Assembly (NCBI GenBank): GCA_965235115.1
Contig: OZ249436.1
Span: 28,770,001 to 28,834,000 of the forward strand
Length of the DNA stretch: 64,000 nt
Source: Laetmonice hystrix
Lineage: Eukaryota
Reading direction: 5' to 3'
The notes beneath the pieces were generated by a model. That model was not told where the DNA came from and did no database searches. It saw only the letters and a program-made list of their open reading frames with translations. Below, in pieces: positions 51,001-63,330 of this stretch. A program made the position numbers and the translations under genes. The number at the start of each line of letters is the position of its first letter. Within the stretch, counting starts at the first letter, position 1.

Positions 51001-54000
51001 TATCATGGGGATTGGGAAGAGGGAGGGTGTTGGCTGAGTGGTTTGGGGTAATGTCTAAGGGCCAGTCAGCCATATCATGGGGATTGGGTAGAGGGAGGGT
51101 GTTGGCTGAGTGGTTCGGGGTAATGTCTAAGGGCCAGTCAGCCATATCATGGGGATTGGGAAGAGGGAGGGTGTTGGCTGAGTGGTTCGGGTAAAGTCTG
51201 AGGGCCAGCCAGCCATATCATGGGGATTGGGAAGAGGGAGGGTGTTGGCTGAGTGGTTCGGGGTAATGTCTGAGGGCCAGTCAGCCATATCATGGGGATT
51301 GGGAAGAGGGAGGGTGTTGGCTGAGTGGTTCGGGGTAATGTCTGAGGGACAGTCAGCCATATCATGGGGATTGGGAAGGGGGAGGGTGTTGGCTGAGTGG
51401 TTCGGGGTAATGTCTAAGGGCCAGTCAGCCATATCATTGGGGATTGGGAAGAGGGAGGGTGTTGGCTAAGTGGTTTGGGGTCATGTCTAAGGGCCAGTCA
51501 GCCATATCATGGGGATTGGGAAGAGGGAGGGTGTTGGCTGAGTGGTTCGGGGTAATGTCTAAGGGCCAGTCAGCCATATCATGGGGATTGGGTAGAGGGA
51601 GGGTGTTGGCTGAGTGGTTCGGGGTAATGTCTAAGGGCCAGTCAGCCATATCATGGGGATTGGAAAGAGGGAGGGTGTTGGCTGAGTGGTTCAGGGTAAT
51701 GTCTGAGGGACAGTCAGCCATATCATGGGGATTGGGAAGAGGGAGGGTGTTGGCTGAGTGGTTCGAGGTAATGTCTGAGGGACAGTCAGCCATATCATGG
51801 GGATTGGGAAGAGGGAAGGGCCAGTCAGCCATATCATGGGGATTGGGAAGAGGGAGGGTGTTGGCTGAGTGGTTCGAGGTAATGGGTAAGGGCCAGTCAG
51901 CCATATCATGGGGATTGGGAAGAGGGAGGCTGTTGACTGAGTGGTTCGGGGTAATGTCTAAGGGCCAGTCAGCCATATCATGGGGATTGGGAAGAGGGAG
52001 GGTGTTGGCTGAGTGGTTCAGGGTAATGTCTAAGGGCCAGTCAGCCATATCATGGGGATTGGGAAGAGGGAGGGTGTTGGCTGAGTGGTTCGGGGCATTG
52101 TCTAAGGGCCAGTCAGCCATATCATCGGGAGAGGGAAGAGGGAGGGTGTTGGCTGAGTGGTTCGGGGTAATGTCTGAGGGCGAGTCAGCCATATCATGGG
52201 GATTGGGAAGAGGGAGGGTGTTGGCTGAGTCGTTCGGGATAATGTCTGAGGGACAGTCAGCCATATCATGGGGATTGGGAAGGGGGAGGGTGTTGGCTGA
52301 GTGGTTCGGGGTAATGTCTAAGGGCAGTCAGCCATATCATGGGGATTGGGAAGAGGGAGGGTGTTGGCTGAGTGGTTTGGGGTAATGTCTAAGGGCCAGT
52401 CAGCCATATCATGGGGATTGGGTAGAGGGAGGGTGTTGGCTGAGTGGTTCGGGGTAATGTCTAAGGGCCAGTCAGCCATATCATGGGGATTGGGAAGAGG
52501 GAGGGTGTTGGCTGAGTGGTTCGGGTAAAGTCTGAGGGCCAGCCAGCCATATCATGGGGATTGGGAAGAGGGAGGGTGTTGGCTGAGTGGTTCGGGGTAA
52601 TGTCTGAGGGCCAGTCAGCCATATCATGGGGATTGGGAAGAGGGAGGGTGTTGGCTGAGTGGTTCGGGGTAATGTCTGAGGGACAGTCAGCCATATCATG
52701 GGGATTGGGAAGGGGGAGGGTGTTGGCTGAGTGGTTCAGGGTAATGTCTAAGGGCCAGTCAGCCATATCATGGGGATTGGGAAGAGGGAGGGTGTTGGCT
52801 GAGTGGTTCGGGGCATTGTCTAAGGGCCAGTCAGCCATATCATGGGGAGAGGGAAGAGGGAGGGTGTTGGCTGAGTGGTTCGGGGTAATGTCTGAGGGCG
52901 AGTCAGCCATATCATGGGGATTGGGAAGAGGGAGGGTGTTGGCTGAGTCGTTCGGGATAATGTCTGAGGGACAGTCAGCCATATCATGGGGATTGGGAAG
53001 GGGGAGGGTGTTGGCTGAGTGGTTCAGGGTAATGTCTAAGGGCAGTCAGCCATATCATGGGGATTGGGAAGAGGGAGGGTGTTGGCTGAGTGGTTTGGGG
53101 TAATGTCTAAGGGCCAGTCAGCCATATCATGGGGATTGGGTAGAGGGAGGGTGTTGGCTGAGTGGTTCGGGGTAATGTCTAAGGGCCAGTCAGCCATATC
53201 ATGGGGATTGGGAAGAGGGAGGGTGTTGGCTGAGTGGTTCGGGTAAAGTCTGAGGGCCAGCCAGCCATATCATGGGGATTGGGAAGAGGGAGGGTGTTGG
53301 CTGAGTGGTTCGGGGTAATGTCTGAGGGCCAGTCAGCCATATCATGGGGATTGGGAAGAGGGAGGGTGTTGGCTGAGTGGTTCGGGGTAATGTCTGAGGG
53401 ACAGTCAGCCATATCATGGGGATTGGGAAGGGGGAGGGTGTTGGCTGAGTGGTTCGGGGTAATGTCTAAGGGCCAGTCAGCCATATCATGGGGATTGGAA
53501 AGAGGGAGGGTGTTGGCTGAGTGGTTCAGGGTAATGTCTGAGGGACAGTCAGCCATATCATGGGGATTGGGAAGAGGGAGGGTGTTGGCTGAGTGGTTCG
53601 AGGTAATGTCTGAGGGACAGTCAGCCATATCATGGGGATTGGGAAGAGGGAAGGGCCAGTCAGCCATATCATGGGGATTGGGAAGAGGGAGGGTGTTGGC
53701 TGAGTGGTTCGAGGTAATGGGTAAGGGCCAGTCAGCCATATCATGGGGATTGGGAAGAGGGAGGCTGTTGACTGAGTGGTTCGGGGTAATGTCTAAGGGC
53801 CAGTCAGCCATATCATGGGGATTGGGAAGAGGGAGGGTGTTGGCTGAGTGGTTCAGGGTAATGTCTAAGGGCCAGTCAGCCATATCATGGGGATTGGGAA
53901 GAGGGAGGGTGTTGGCTGAGTGGTTCGGGGCATTGTCTAAGGGCCAGTCAGCCATATCATGGGGAGAGGGAAGAGGGAGGGTGTTGGCTGAGTGGTTCGG

Positions 54001-56715
54001 GGTAATGTCTGAGGGCGAGTCAGCCATATCATGGGGATTGGGAAGAGGGAGGGTGTTGGCTGAGTGGTTCGGGGTAATGTCTGAGGGACAGTAAGCCATA
54101 TCATGGGGATTGGGAAGGGGGAGGGTGTTGGCTAAGTGGTTTGGGGTAATGTCTAAGGGCCAGTCAGCCATATCATGGGGATTGGGAAGAGGGAGGGTGT
54201 TGGCTGAGTGGTTCGGGGTAATGTCTAAGGGCCAGTCAGCCATATCATTTGGATTGGGAAGAGGGAGGGTGTTGGCTGAGTGGTTCGGGGTAATGTCTGA
54301 GGGACAGTCAGCCATATCATGGGGATTGGGAAGAGGGAGGGTGTTGGCTGAGTGGTTCGGGGTAATGTCTTGAGGGCCAGTCAGCCATATAATGGGGATT
54401 GGGAAGAGAGAGGGTGTTGGCTGAGTGGTTCGGGGTAATGTCTAAGGGCCAGTCAGCCATATCATGGGGATTGGGAAGAGGGAGGGTGTTGGCTGAGTGG
54501 TTCGGGGTAATGTCTAAGGGACAGTCAGCCATATCATGGGGATTGGGAAGAGGGAGGGTGTTGGCTGAGTGGTTCGGGTAAAGTCTGAGGGCCAGTCAGC
54601 CATATCATGGGGATTGGGAAGAGGGAGGGTGTTGGCTGAGTGGTTCGGGGCAATATCTGAGGGCCAGTCAGCCATATCATGGGGATTGGGAAGAGGGAGG
54701 GTGTTGGCTGAGTGGTTCGGGGTAATGTCTAAGGGCCAGTCAGCCATATCATGGGGATTGGGAAGAGGGAGGGTGTTGGCTGAGTAGTTCGGGTAAAGTC
54801 TGAGGGCCAGTCAGCCATATCATGGGGATTGGGAAGAGGGAGGGTGTTGGCTGAGTGGTTCGGGGTAATGTCTGAGGGACAGTCAGCCATATCATGGGGA
54901 TTGGGAAGGGGGAGGGTGTTGGCTGAGTGGTTCGGGGTAATGTCTAAGGGCCAGTCAGCCATATCATGGGGATTGGGAAGAGGGAGGGTGTTGGCTGAGT
55001 GGTTCGGGGTAATGTCTAAGGGCCAGTCAGCCATATCATGGGGATTGGGTAGAGGGAGGGTGTTGGCTGAGCGGTTCGGGGTAATGTCTGAGGGACAGTC
55101 AGCCATATCATGGGGATTGGGAAGAGGGAAGGGCCAGTCAGCCATATCATGGGGACTGGGAAGAGGGAGGGTGTTGGCTGAGTGGTTCAGGGTAATGTCT
55201 AAGGGCCAGTCAGCCATATCATGGGGATTGGGAAGAGGGAGGGTGTTGGCTGAGTGGTTCGGGTAAAGTCTGAGGGCCAGTCAGCTATATCATGGGGATT
55301 GGGAAGAGGGAGGGTGTTGGCTGAGTGGTTCAGGGCAATGTCTGAGGGCCAGTCAGCCATATCATGGGGATAGGGAAGAGGGAGGGTGTTGGCTGAGTGG
55401 TTCGGGGTAATGTCTAAGGGCCAGTCAGCCATATCATGGGGATTGGAAAGAGGGGGGAAGGTGTTGGCTGAGTGGTTAGGGGTAACGTCACATGGCCAGT
55501 TAGCCATCTTATAGGGGTTGGGAATTCGAGTCATCTTATCATCATTTATGATCATTGTCATTCCCCTTGGGGCCCGGGGAACAATAGGCCCCATTCGTTT
55601 TATCACCCTGTGGGAGGGAGTGTGGGGAAGGTGTTGGTTGTGTGGTTAGAGGTAATGTCTGATGGCCAGACAGCCACAGCATGTGGATTGGGAAGGGGAT
55701 GAGATGTCGGCTAAGTGTTTGGAGGGAATGTCTGAAGACCAATCAGTCATGTCAGGGATTGGGAAGGGGGATATAGGATTGGTTGGAGGTGGTAGTATAG
55801 AAGAAAAACGAAAAATAGCCCCAAAAAATCAAAAGAGAAAAAAATGAAACAAAAGTTTGTGGGTAATGGATGTCGCAGTACTGAGATATGTCTGCTGGGT
55901 GTTTATATCAAGGTTAATTTGATTTCGCTGTACTGGAGCGTCACTCTGGGTGGTTGGAGGTGGTAGTATAGAAGAAAAGGGGAAAAATACCCAAAAAATC
56001 ACAAAAGAAAACAATGAAAAAAAGTTTGTGGGTGTTGACCCTTCAGATGAAATATCTGTGCACACTGTGTCACGACGCCACCCCTGCACACATGTAATTC
56101 TTGTCTTGTTGTAACTAAATAACTATAGTAAAAATCAACAATGATGAATTTGGTTGAGTGGTTAGAGGTAATGTCTTAGGGCCAGACAGCCGTGTCATGG
56201 GGATTAGGAAGAGGGGAAGGTGTTGGCTGAGACGTTCGGGATAATGTCTTAAGGCCAGTCGGCCATATCATGGGGATTGTGAAGGGATGAAGTTGTTGGC
56301 TGAGTGGTTCGGTGTAATGTCTGAGGGCCAGTCAGCCATATTATGGGGATTGGGAAGGGGGAGGGTGTTGGCTGAGTGGTTCGGGGTAATGTCTGAGGGC
56401 CAGTCAGCCATATTATGGGGATTGGGAAGGGGGAGGGTGTTGGCTGAGTGGTTCGGGGTAATGTCTGAGGGCCAGTCAGCCATATCATGGGGATTGGGAA
56501 GAGGGAGGGTGTTGGCTGAGTGGTTCGGGTAAAGTCTGAGGGCCAGTCAGCCATATCATGGGGATTGGGAAGAGGGAGGGTGTTGGCTGAGTGGTTCGGG
56601 GTAATGTCTAAGGACCAGTCAGCCATATCATGGGGATTGGGAAGAGGGAGGGTGTTGGCTGAGTGGTTTGGGGTAATGTCTAAGGGCCAGTCAGCAATAT
56701 CATGAGGATTGGGAA

Positions 56716-57360
56716 ATTACAGGAACGACCGAGTGTGTGATACGGGATTCTGTATCAGACGAGGCGGCAAGCGCGGAGTAATATCAGCACGAGTGCGAAA
56801 CACGAGTGCTGATGTGAATCTCCGCGCTTGCCACCGAGTCTGATACAGAATCCCGTTATCACACACGAGTTTGTTCCTGTATTTATTATACCTTTTTCAT
56901 AAATTAATTAATGGTAATATATTTAAGTTGGATTAATTGTTTCTAACTTAGTGAAAATGCGCTGTATTGGCGACTATTTTATGTGACGCCGGGACATAAT
57001 TATGACGATGAATTATGACGTAGGTCATTTTGACGACATCGGTCATGGTAACAATTCAACAAATGGATTGTGACGTCAGGTAACAGTCGAACAAATGAAT
57101 TGTGAGGTAGGTATTAAAACACGCACTCTCCGTTCATTGGTGGAAAAATGAGGTCGGGCCATATCTGGGTCAGTAAACAGTGGTGATACAGGATTTCAAG
57201 TAGGCCAAACACGAGTCACATGGTACAAATGCCGGATGTCTATTGGTACAAAACTGGGTCGAACTATTTTTAGGTCAGTGGACAGGGGTAATACAGATTT
57301 TTTTATCACACTCGTAGCTCAGCCAATCAGCGCTCGTTATTTCGTGCAAAGGTATAATAA
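56716..57360. mobile_element. 645-bp non-autonomous DNA element with a ~165-bp terminal hairpin and asymmetric inverted repeats
   Basis: It splits a monomer precisely at GGATTGGGAA|GAGGGAGGG. 56718-56881 is a long imperfect palindrome. TTATTATACCTTT (56883-56895) is the inverted complement of the far end AAAGGTATAATAA (57348-57360). No TSD longer than AA. Confidence 0.85.
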
Positions 57361-58472
57361 GAGGGAGGGTGTTGGCTGAGTGGTTCGGGGTAATGTCTAA
57401 GGGCCAGTCAGCCATATCATGGGGATTGGGAAGAGGGAGGGTGTTGGCTGAGTGGTTCGGGGTAATGTCTGAGGGACAGTCAGCCATATCATGGGGATTG
57501 GGAAGAGGGAGGGTGATGGCTGAGTGGTTCGGGGTAATGTCTTGAGGGCCAGTCAGCCATATAATGGGGATTGGGAAGGGGGAGGGTGTTGGCTGAGTGG
57601 TTCCGGGTAATGTCTAAGGGCCAGTCAGCCATATCATGGGGATTGGGAAGAGGGAGGGTGTTGGCTGAGTGGTTCGGGGTAATGTCTTTGGGCCAGTCAG
57701 CCATATCATGGGGATTGGGAAGAGGGAGGGTGTTGGCTGAGTGGTTCGGGGCAATGTCTCAGGGCCAGTCAGCCATATCATGGGGATTGGGAAGAGGGAG
57801 GGTGTTGGCTGAGTGGTTCGGGGTAATGTCTAAGGGCCAGTCAGCCATATCATGGGGATTGGGAAGAGGGAGGGTGTTGGCTGAGTGGTTCGGGGTAATG
57901 TCTAAGGGCCAGTCAGCCATATCATGGGGATTGGGAAGAGGGAGGGTGTTGGCTGAGTGGTTAGGGGTAACATCTGAGCGCCAGTCAGCCATATCATTGG
58001 GATTGGAAAGAGGGGGGAAGGTGTTGGCTGAGTGGTTAGGGGTAACGTCACATGGCCAGTTAGCCATATTATAGGGGTTGGGAATTCGAGTCATCTTATC
58101 ATCATTTATGATCATTGTCATTCCCCGTGGGGCCCGGGGAACAATGAAGGGCATCTGGAAGTCACCGATGTTGTTGTCTGAGATGTTGAGGGTAACCTCT
58201 GGTAACGTTGGTAATTTTGAGTCATTTTATCCTCATTTATTTTCATTATCATTCCCAGTGGGGCCCGGGGAACAATAGGCCCCATCCGTTTCAACACCCT
58301 ATGGGTATGTGTGAGGGTGGAGAAGTTGTTGGCTGAGTGGTACGGGGGAGGCCTGAGGGTCATTTGGCCATATCATCGGGGCTGGGAAGGGGGGGGGAAG
58401 GTGTTGGCTGATTGGTTAGGGGTAACGTCTGACTGCCAGCCAGCCATATCATGGGGTTTGGGGAATGGGAGG

Positions 58473-58741
58473 CAGGGTCATGCTTACTTACAAGAACAGA
58501 AAGAGTTTACGATCACTCTCCATCTACATGGGCCAAAGGCCTACAAGTACCTGCGAGAAAAAACTGACGTGGCATCTGAAGCACTCATGTTCATGGTAGT
58601 GGGAATGAAGGGCATCTGGAAGTCACCGACTGGATACTTATAACACGGACACTCAAGCCTGACACTCAAAAAGTTCTTGTGGAACATGCATTAAATATGC
58701 TTCATGAATGCAGTATCAGCTTTTTGTGCTTAACCATGGAT
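58473..58741 (+). pseudogene. P-element/THAP9-like transposase fragment (internally deleted, frameshifted), copy 1
   Basis: Translates to QKEFTITLHLHGPKAYKYLREK, then DVASEALMFMVVGMKGIWKSPTGY and, after a frameshift, TRTLKPDTQKVLVEHALNMLHECSISFLCLTMD. These resemble, from memory, the FALTLHFYSPKAYxYLR, ALVFMxVGxxxxWKxPxxY and (V)TxD motifs of P-superfamily transposases. The intervening region is absent. Confidence 0.85.
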
Positions 58742-58920
58742 AGTCAACAACCTTGTAAAGGGGCTGCTAAAAATGTCCATGTAAAAGGGTTGTTAGTAGT
58801 TACTGTTCATGTGACAGCCTTGCCTTGAAACCATTATGATTTTGACATACGTTTTTTATATATTTTTTATACTTGTCTTACTTATAAGTTATACGTGACA
58901 AACTAAGAAATAAGTTCCAT

Positions 58921-59037
58921 AGGAGATAAGACCTTAAACAGGATCTGATTTGCTACATTAGTGAGGTATCCTGGCATGGTCAGCTCTGCCTCATGAACAT
59001 ATGGGTAAATCAGATCCTGTCTCAAGTTTTACCTCCT
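58921..59037. mobile_element. ~117-bp MITE-like inverted-repeat element (also 61571-61687 and 63782-63898)
   Basis: AGGAGATAAGACCTTAAACAGGATCTGATTTGC ... GTAAATCAGATCCTGTCTCAAGTTTTACCTCCT forms ~33-bp imperfect inverted repeats with a perfect 14-bp core. No empty site or clear TSD is visible. Confidence 0.55.
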
Positions 59038-59195
59038 TATTTGTTTAACAGCCCCCCCCCCCAGTCTAAAAAAAGACGTTCCTGTTTTCTTGTTATTGTA
59101 AAATAAGCAGCCTAAAAGGCCTAATCCAAAATTTCACATATATGGAGCCCTTCTCTTTTGGGCAGGCACCGACTTCTGAACTTTTGGGAGTCTAA

Positions 59196-59629
59196 GGCTG
59201 AGTTCACATAGGAGTATACGGTATTCGCTATTCGGTATTCGCTATACGGGCACGGCGAGTCCCGCCCGCCAGTGTCTTAATTCACGACATGAATTGAAAG
59301 GTGCCCCCATGCCACTCCCCTTGAACTGATTTCTTTGAAATTTTCGGAGTCAATACCCCTATATATCGGCCCTTAGATCTGAAAATTTAGTTAAAAAATA
59401 TCAAGAAGTGTGTAAATGCTGAACTTTTAAACACAGGCACCCCAAGGTATACGCTGCACTAAAATCAAACACGCACGATTCCCACTATACTGTACTATAC
59501 GCCTTTTCGAATAGTGCCCTCTGATGTGACCCGGTATTATAAGATCCTATTGTACGATTTAAGCTATTCGCGTGCCCTGCAAAACGTGCACCGTATACCC
59601 GTGCCGTATACTCCTATGTGAACTCAGCC
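59196..59629. mobile_element. PIF/Harbinger-type (Tourist-like) MITE, 434 bp
   Basis: Perfect 26-bp TIRs GGCTGAGTTCACATAGGAGTATACGG with a TAA target-site duplication (59193-59195 and 59630-59632). The empty site GGAGTCTAACGTCAC is present in the next unit (~61839-61853). Confidence 0.93.
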
Positions 59630-61119
59630 TAACGTCACTTTTTTAACCGTTTTAACATAGCTTTGCTGGACTACTATTTCAGCTTTTACATAGACCTAGT
59701 GAGGGCTTAGTCCCACTATGCATTTTTGGCCTTGGGATGTTCTCCCAATGTAAACTGAAAAGCCTCCGGAGACTTCGGGAACAGGTTACTGGGTGCTTTG
59801 AAAAAGCTTTGGGATCATCGGTAGCCATGTGGAACCGTCGGGAGGCATCGGAAGAACTGCGGAAAATTTCAATGCCTGCATTAAATTTTTTCCTGATGTG
59901 GGGGCCGGGGAACAATAGGTGCCATCCGTTTCATCACTATATGGGGGTGAGGGTGGGGAAGGTGTTGGTTGTGTGGTCAGAGGTAATGTCTGAGGGCCAG
60001 ACAGCCATAGCATGTGGATTGGGAAGGGGATGAGATGTTGGCTAAGTGTTTGGAGGGAATGTCTGAGGACCAATCAGTCATGTTAGGGATTGGAAAGGGG
60101 GATATTGGATTGGTTGGAGGTGGTAGTATAGAAGAAAAACGAAAAATACCCCCAAAAAATCGCAAAAGAAAAAAATGAAACAACAGTTTGTGGGTGATGC
60201 ATGTCGCAATACTGAGACATGTCTGCTGGGTGTTTATATCAGGGGTAACCTGATTTCGCTGTTCTGGTGAGTCACTGTGGGTGGTTGGAGGTGGTAGTAT
60301 AGAAGTAAAACGAAAAATACCCAAAGAAATCACAAAAGAAAAAAAATGAAAAAATGTTTGTGGGTGTTGACCCTTCAGATGAGATATCTGCACTGTGACA
60401 CTACGCCACTCCTGCACACATGTCATTCTTGTCTTGTTGTAACTGAATGACTATAGTAAAAATCAACAATGATGAATTTGAGTGAGTAGTTAGGGATAAT
60501 GTTTTAAGGCCAGTCGGCCATACCATGGGAATTGTGAAGGGATGAAGGTGTTGGCTGAGTGGTTAGGGGTAACGTCTGAGGGTCAATCAGCCATATTATG
60601 GGGATTGGGAAATGGGGGTGTTGGCTGAATGCTTGAGGGGTAATGTCAGGAGGTCCGTCAGCCATATCAAGAAAGTTGAGAAGAAGGGAGGTGTTGGGTG
60701 GGTGGTACGGGGTAATGTCTTAAGGCCACTCGGCCATTCCTGGGGGCTTAGGTCTTAGGGTAAAGTCTGGGGGCCAGTGAGCCATATCATGGGGAGTGGG
60801 AAGGGAGATGTTGTTGTCTGAGATGTTGAGGGTAACGTCTGGTAACGTTGGTAATTTTGAGTCATTTTATCCTCATTTATTTTCATTATCATCCCCCGTG
60901 GGGCCCGGGGAACAATAGGCCCCATCCGTTTTGAACAACACCCTATGGGTATGTGTGAGGGTGGAGAAGTTGTTGGCTGAGTGGTACGGGGTAAGGCCTG
61001 AGGGTCATTTGGCCATATCATCGGGGCTGGGAAGGGGGGGGGGGAAGGTGTTGGCTGATTGGTTAGGGGTAACGTCTGACTGCCAGCCAGCCATATCATG
61101 GGGTTTGGGGAATGGGAGG

Positions 61120-61388
61120 CAGGGTCATGCTTACTTACAAGAACAGAAAGAGTTTACGATCACTCTCCATCTACATGGGCCAAAGGCCTACAAGTACCTG
61201 CGAGAAAAAACTGACGTGGCATCTGAAGCACTCATGTTCATGGTAGTGGGAATGAAGGGCATCTGGAAGTCACCGACTGGATACTTATAACACGGACACT
61301 CAAGCCTGACACTCAAAAAGTTCTTGTGGAACGTGCATTAAATATGCTTCATGAATGCAGTATCAGGGTTTTGTGCTTAACCATGGAT
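61120..61388 (+). pseudogene. P-element/THAP9-like transposase fragment, copy 2
   Basis: Near-identical to 58473-58741, with the same deletion and frameshift; ends ...IRVLCLTMD. Confidence 0.85.
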
Positions 61389-63330
61389 AATCAACAACCT
61401 TGTAAAGGGGCTGCTAAAAATGTCCATGTAAAAGGCTTGTTAGTAGATAGTACTGTTCATGTGACAGCCTTGCCTTGAAACCATTATGATTTTGACATAC
61501 GTTTTTTATATATTTTTTATACTTGTTTTACTTATAAATTATACGTGACAAACTAAGAAATAAGTTCCATAAGACATAAGACCTTAAACAGGATCTGATT
61601 TGCTACATTAGTGAGGTATCCTGGCATGGTCAGCTCTGCCTCATGAACATATGGGTAAATCAGATCCTGTCTCAAGTTTTACCTCCTTATTTGTTTAACA
61701 GTCCCCCCCCGCCCAGTCTAAAAAAAGACGTTCCTGTTTTCTTGTTATTATTAAATGAGCAGCCTAAAAGGCCTAATCCAAAATTTCACATATATGGAGC
61801 CCTTCTCTTTTGGGCAGGCACCGACTTCTGAAATTTTGGGAGTCTAACGTCACTTTTTTTTAACCGTTTTAACATAGCTTTGCTGGACTACTATTTCAGC
61901 TTTTACATAGACCTAGTGAGGGCTTAGTCCCACTATGCATTTTTGGCCCTGGGGATGTTCTCCCAATGTAAACTGAAAAGCCTCCGGAGACTTCGGGAAC
62001 AGGTGACTGGGTGCTTTGAAAAAGCTTTGGGATCATCGGGAGCCATGTGGAACCGTCGGGAGGCATCGGAAGAACTGCGGAAAATTTCAATGCCTGCATT
62101 AAATTTTTTCCTGATGTGGGGGCCGGGGAACAATAGGTGCCATCCGTTTCATCACTATATGGGGGTGAGGGTGGGGAAGGTGTTGGTTGTGTGGTCAGAG
62201 GTAATGTCTGAGGGCCAGACAGCCATAGCATGTGGATTGGGAAGGGGATGAGATGTTGGCTAAGTGTTTGGAGGGAATGTCTGAGGACCAATCAGTCATG
62301 TTAGGGATTGGAAAGGGGGATATTGGATTGGTTGGAGGTGGTAGTATAGAAGAAAACGAAAAATACCCCCAAAAAATTGCAAAAGAAAAAAATGAAACCG
62401 CAGTTTGTGGGTGATGCATGTCGCAATACTGAGACATGTCTGCTGGGTGTTTATATCAGGGGTAATCTGATTTCGCTGTTCTGGTGAGTCACTGTGGGTG
62501 GTTGGAGGTGGTAGTATAGAAGTAAAACGAAAAATACCCAAAAAAATCACAAAAGAAAAAAAATGAAAAAATGTTTGTGGGTGTTGACCCTTCAGATGAG
62601 ATATCTGCACTGTGACACTACGCCACTCCTGCACACATGTCATTCTTGTCTTGTTGTAACTGAATGACTATAGTAAAAATCAACAATGATGAATTTGAGT
62701 GAGTAGTTCGGGATAATGTTTTAAGGCCACTCGGCCATATCATGGGGATTGTGAAGGGATGAAGGTGTTGGCTGAGTGGTTAGGGGTAACGTCTGAGGGT
62801 CAATCAGCCATATTATGGGGATTGGGAAATGGGGGTGTTGGCTGAATGCTTGAGGGGTAATGTCAGGAGGTCCGTCAGCCATATCAAGAAAGTTGAGAAG
62901 AAGGGAGGTGTTGGGTGGGTGGTACGGGGTAATGTCTTAAGGCCACTCGGCCATTCCTGGGGGCTTAGGTCTTAGGGGTAAAGTCTGGGGGCCAGTGAGC
63001 CATATCATGGGGAGTGGGAAGGGAGATGTTGTTGTCTGAGATGTTGAGGGTAACGTCTGGTAACGTTGGTAATTTTGAGTCATTTTATCCTCATTTATTT
63101 TCATTATCATTCCCAGTGGGGCCCGGGGAACAATAGGCCCCATCCGTTTCAACACCCTATGGGTATGTGTGAGGGTGGAGAAGTTGTTGGCTGAGTGGTA
63201 CGGGGGAGGCCTGAGGGTCATTTGGCCATATCATCGGGGCTGGGAAGGGGGGGGGAAGGTGTTGGCTGATTGGTTAGGGGTAACGTCTGACTGCCAGCCA
63301 GCCATATCATGGGGTTTGGGGAATGGGAGG

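Larger units (their letters stand above)
1..58142. repeat. Satellite array of a 72-bp G-rich monomer organised in variable-length higher-order repeats
   Basis: Consensus GAGGGTGTTGGCTGAGTGGTTCGGGGTAATGTCT(G/A)AGGGCCAGTCAGCCATATCATGGGGATTGGGAAGAGG is repeated head-to-tail. 71-, 73- and 39-bp variants recur. The array runs off the left edge of the window and is interrupted at 5982-9119 and 56716-57360. Confidence 0.98.

Noticed and set aside
1..58142. CRISPR array
   Set aside because: Monomers are contiguous with no unique spacers, there are no cas genes, and the TE content is eukaryotic.
105..58154. Long repetitive ORFs on both strands (MADWPLDITPNHSANTLPLPNPHD; GRGRVLAEWFGVMSKGQSAISWGL), up to 378 aa
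   Set aside because: They follow from a 72-bp monomer lacking stops in several frames. Recurrent 1-bp indels, stops and TE insertions break frames freely, and there is no unique N- or C-terminal domain.
59700..59900. Possible coding or MITE-end fragment (GGCTTAGTCCCACTATGC...; ORFs 59679-59915 and 59737-60033)
   Set aside because: No partner inverted repeat or recognisable protein motif, and the frame differs between the two copies.
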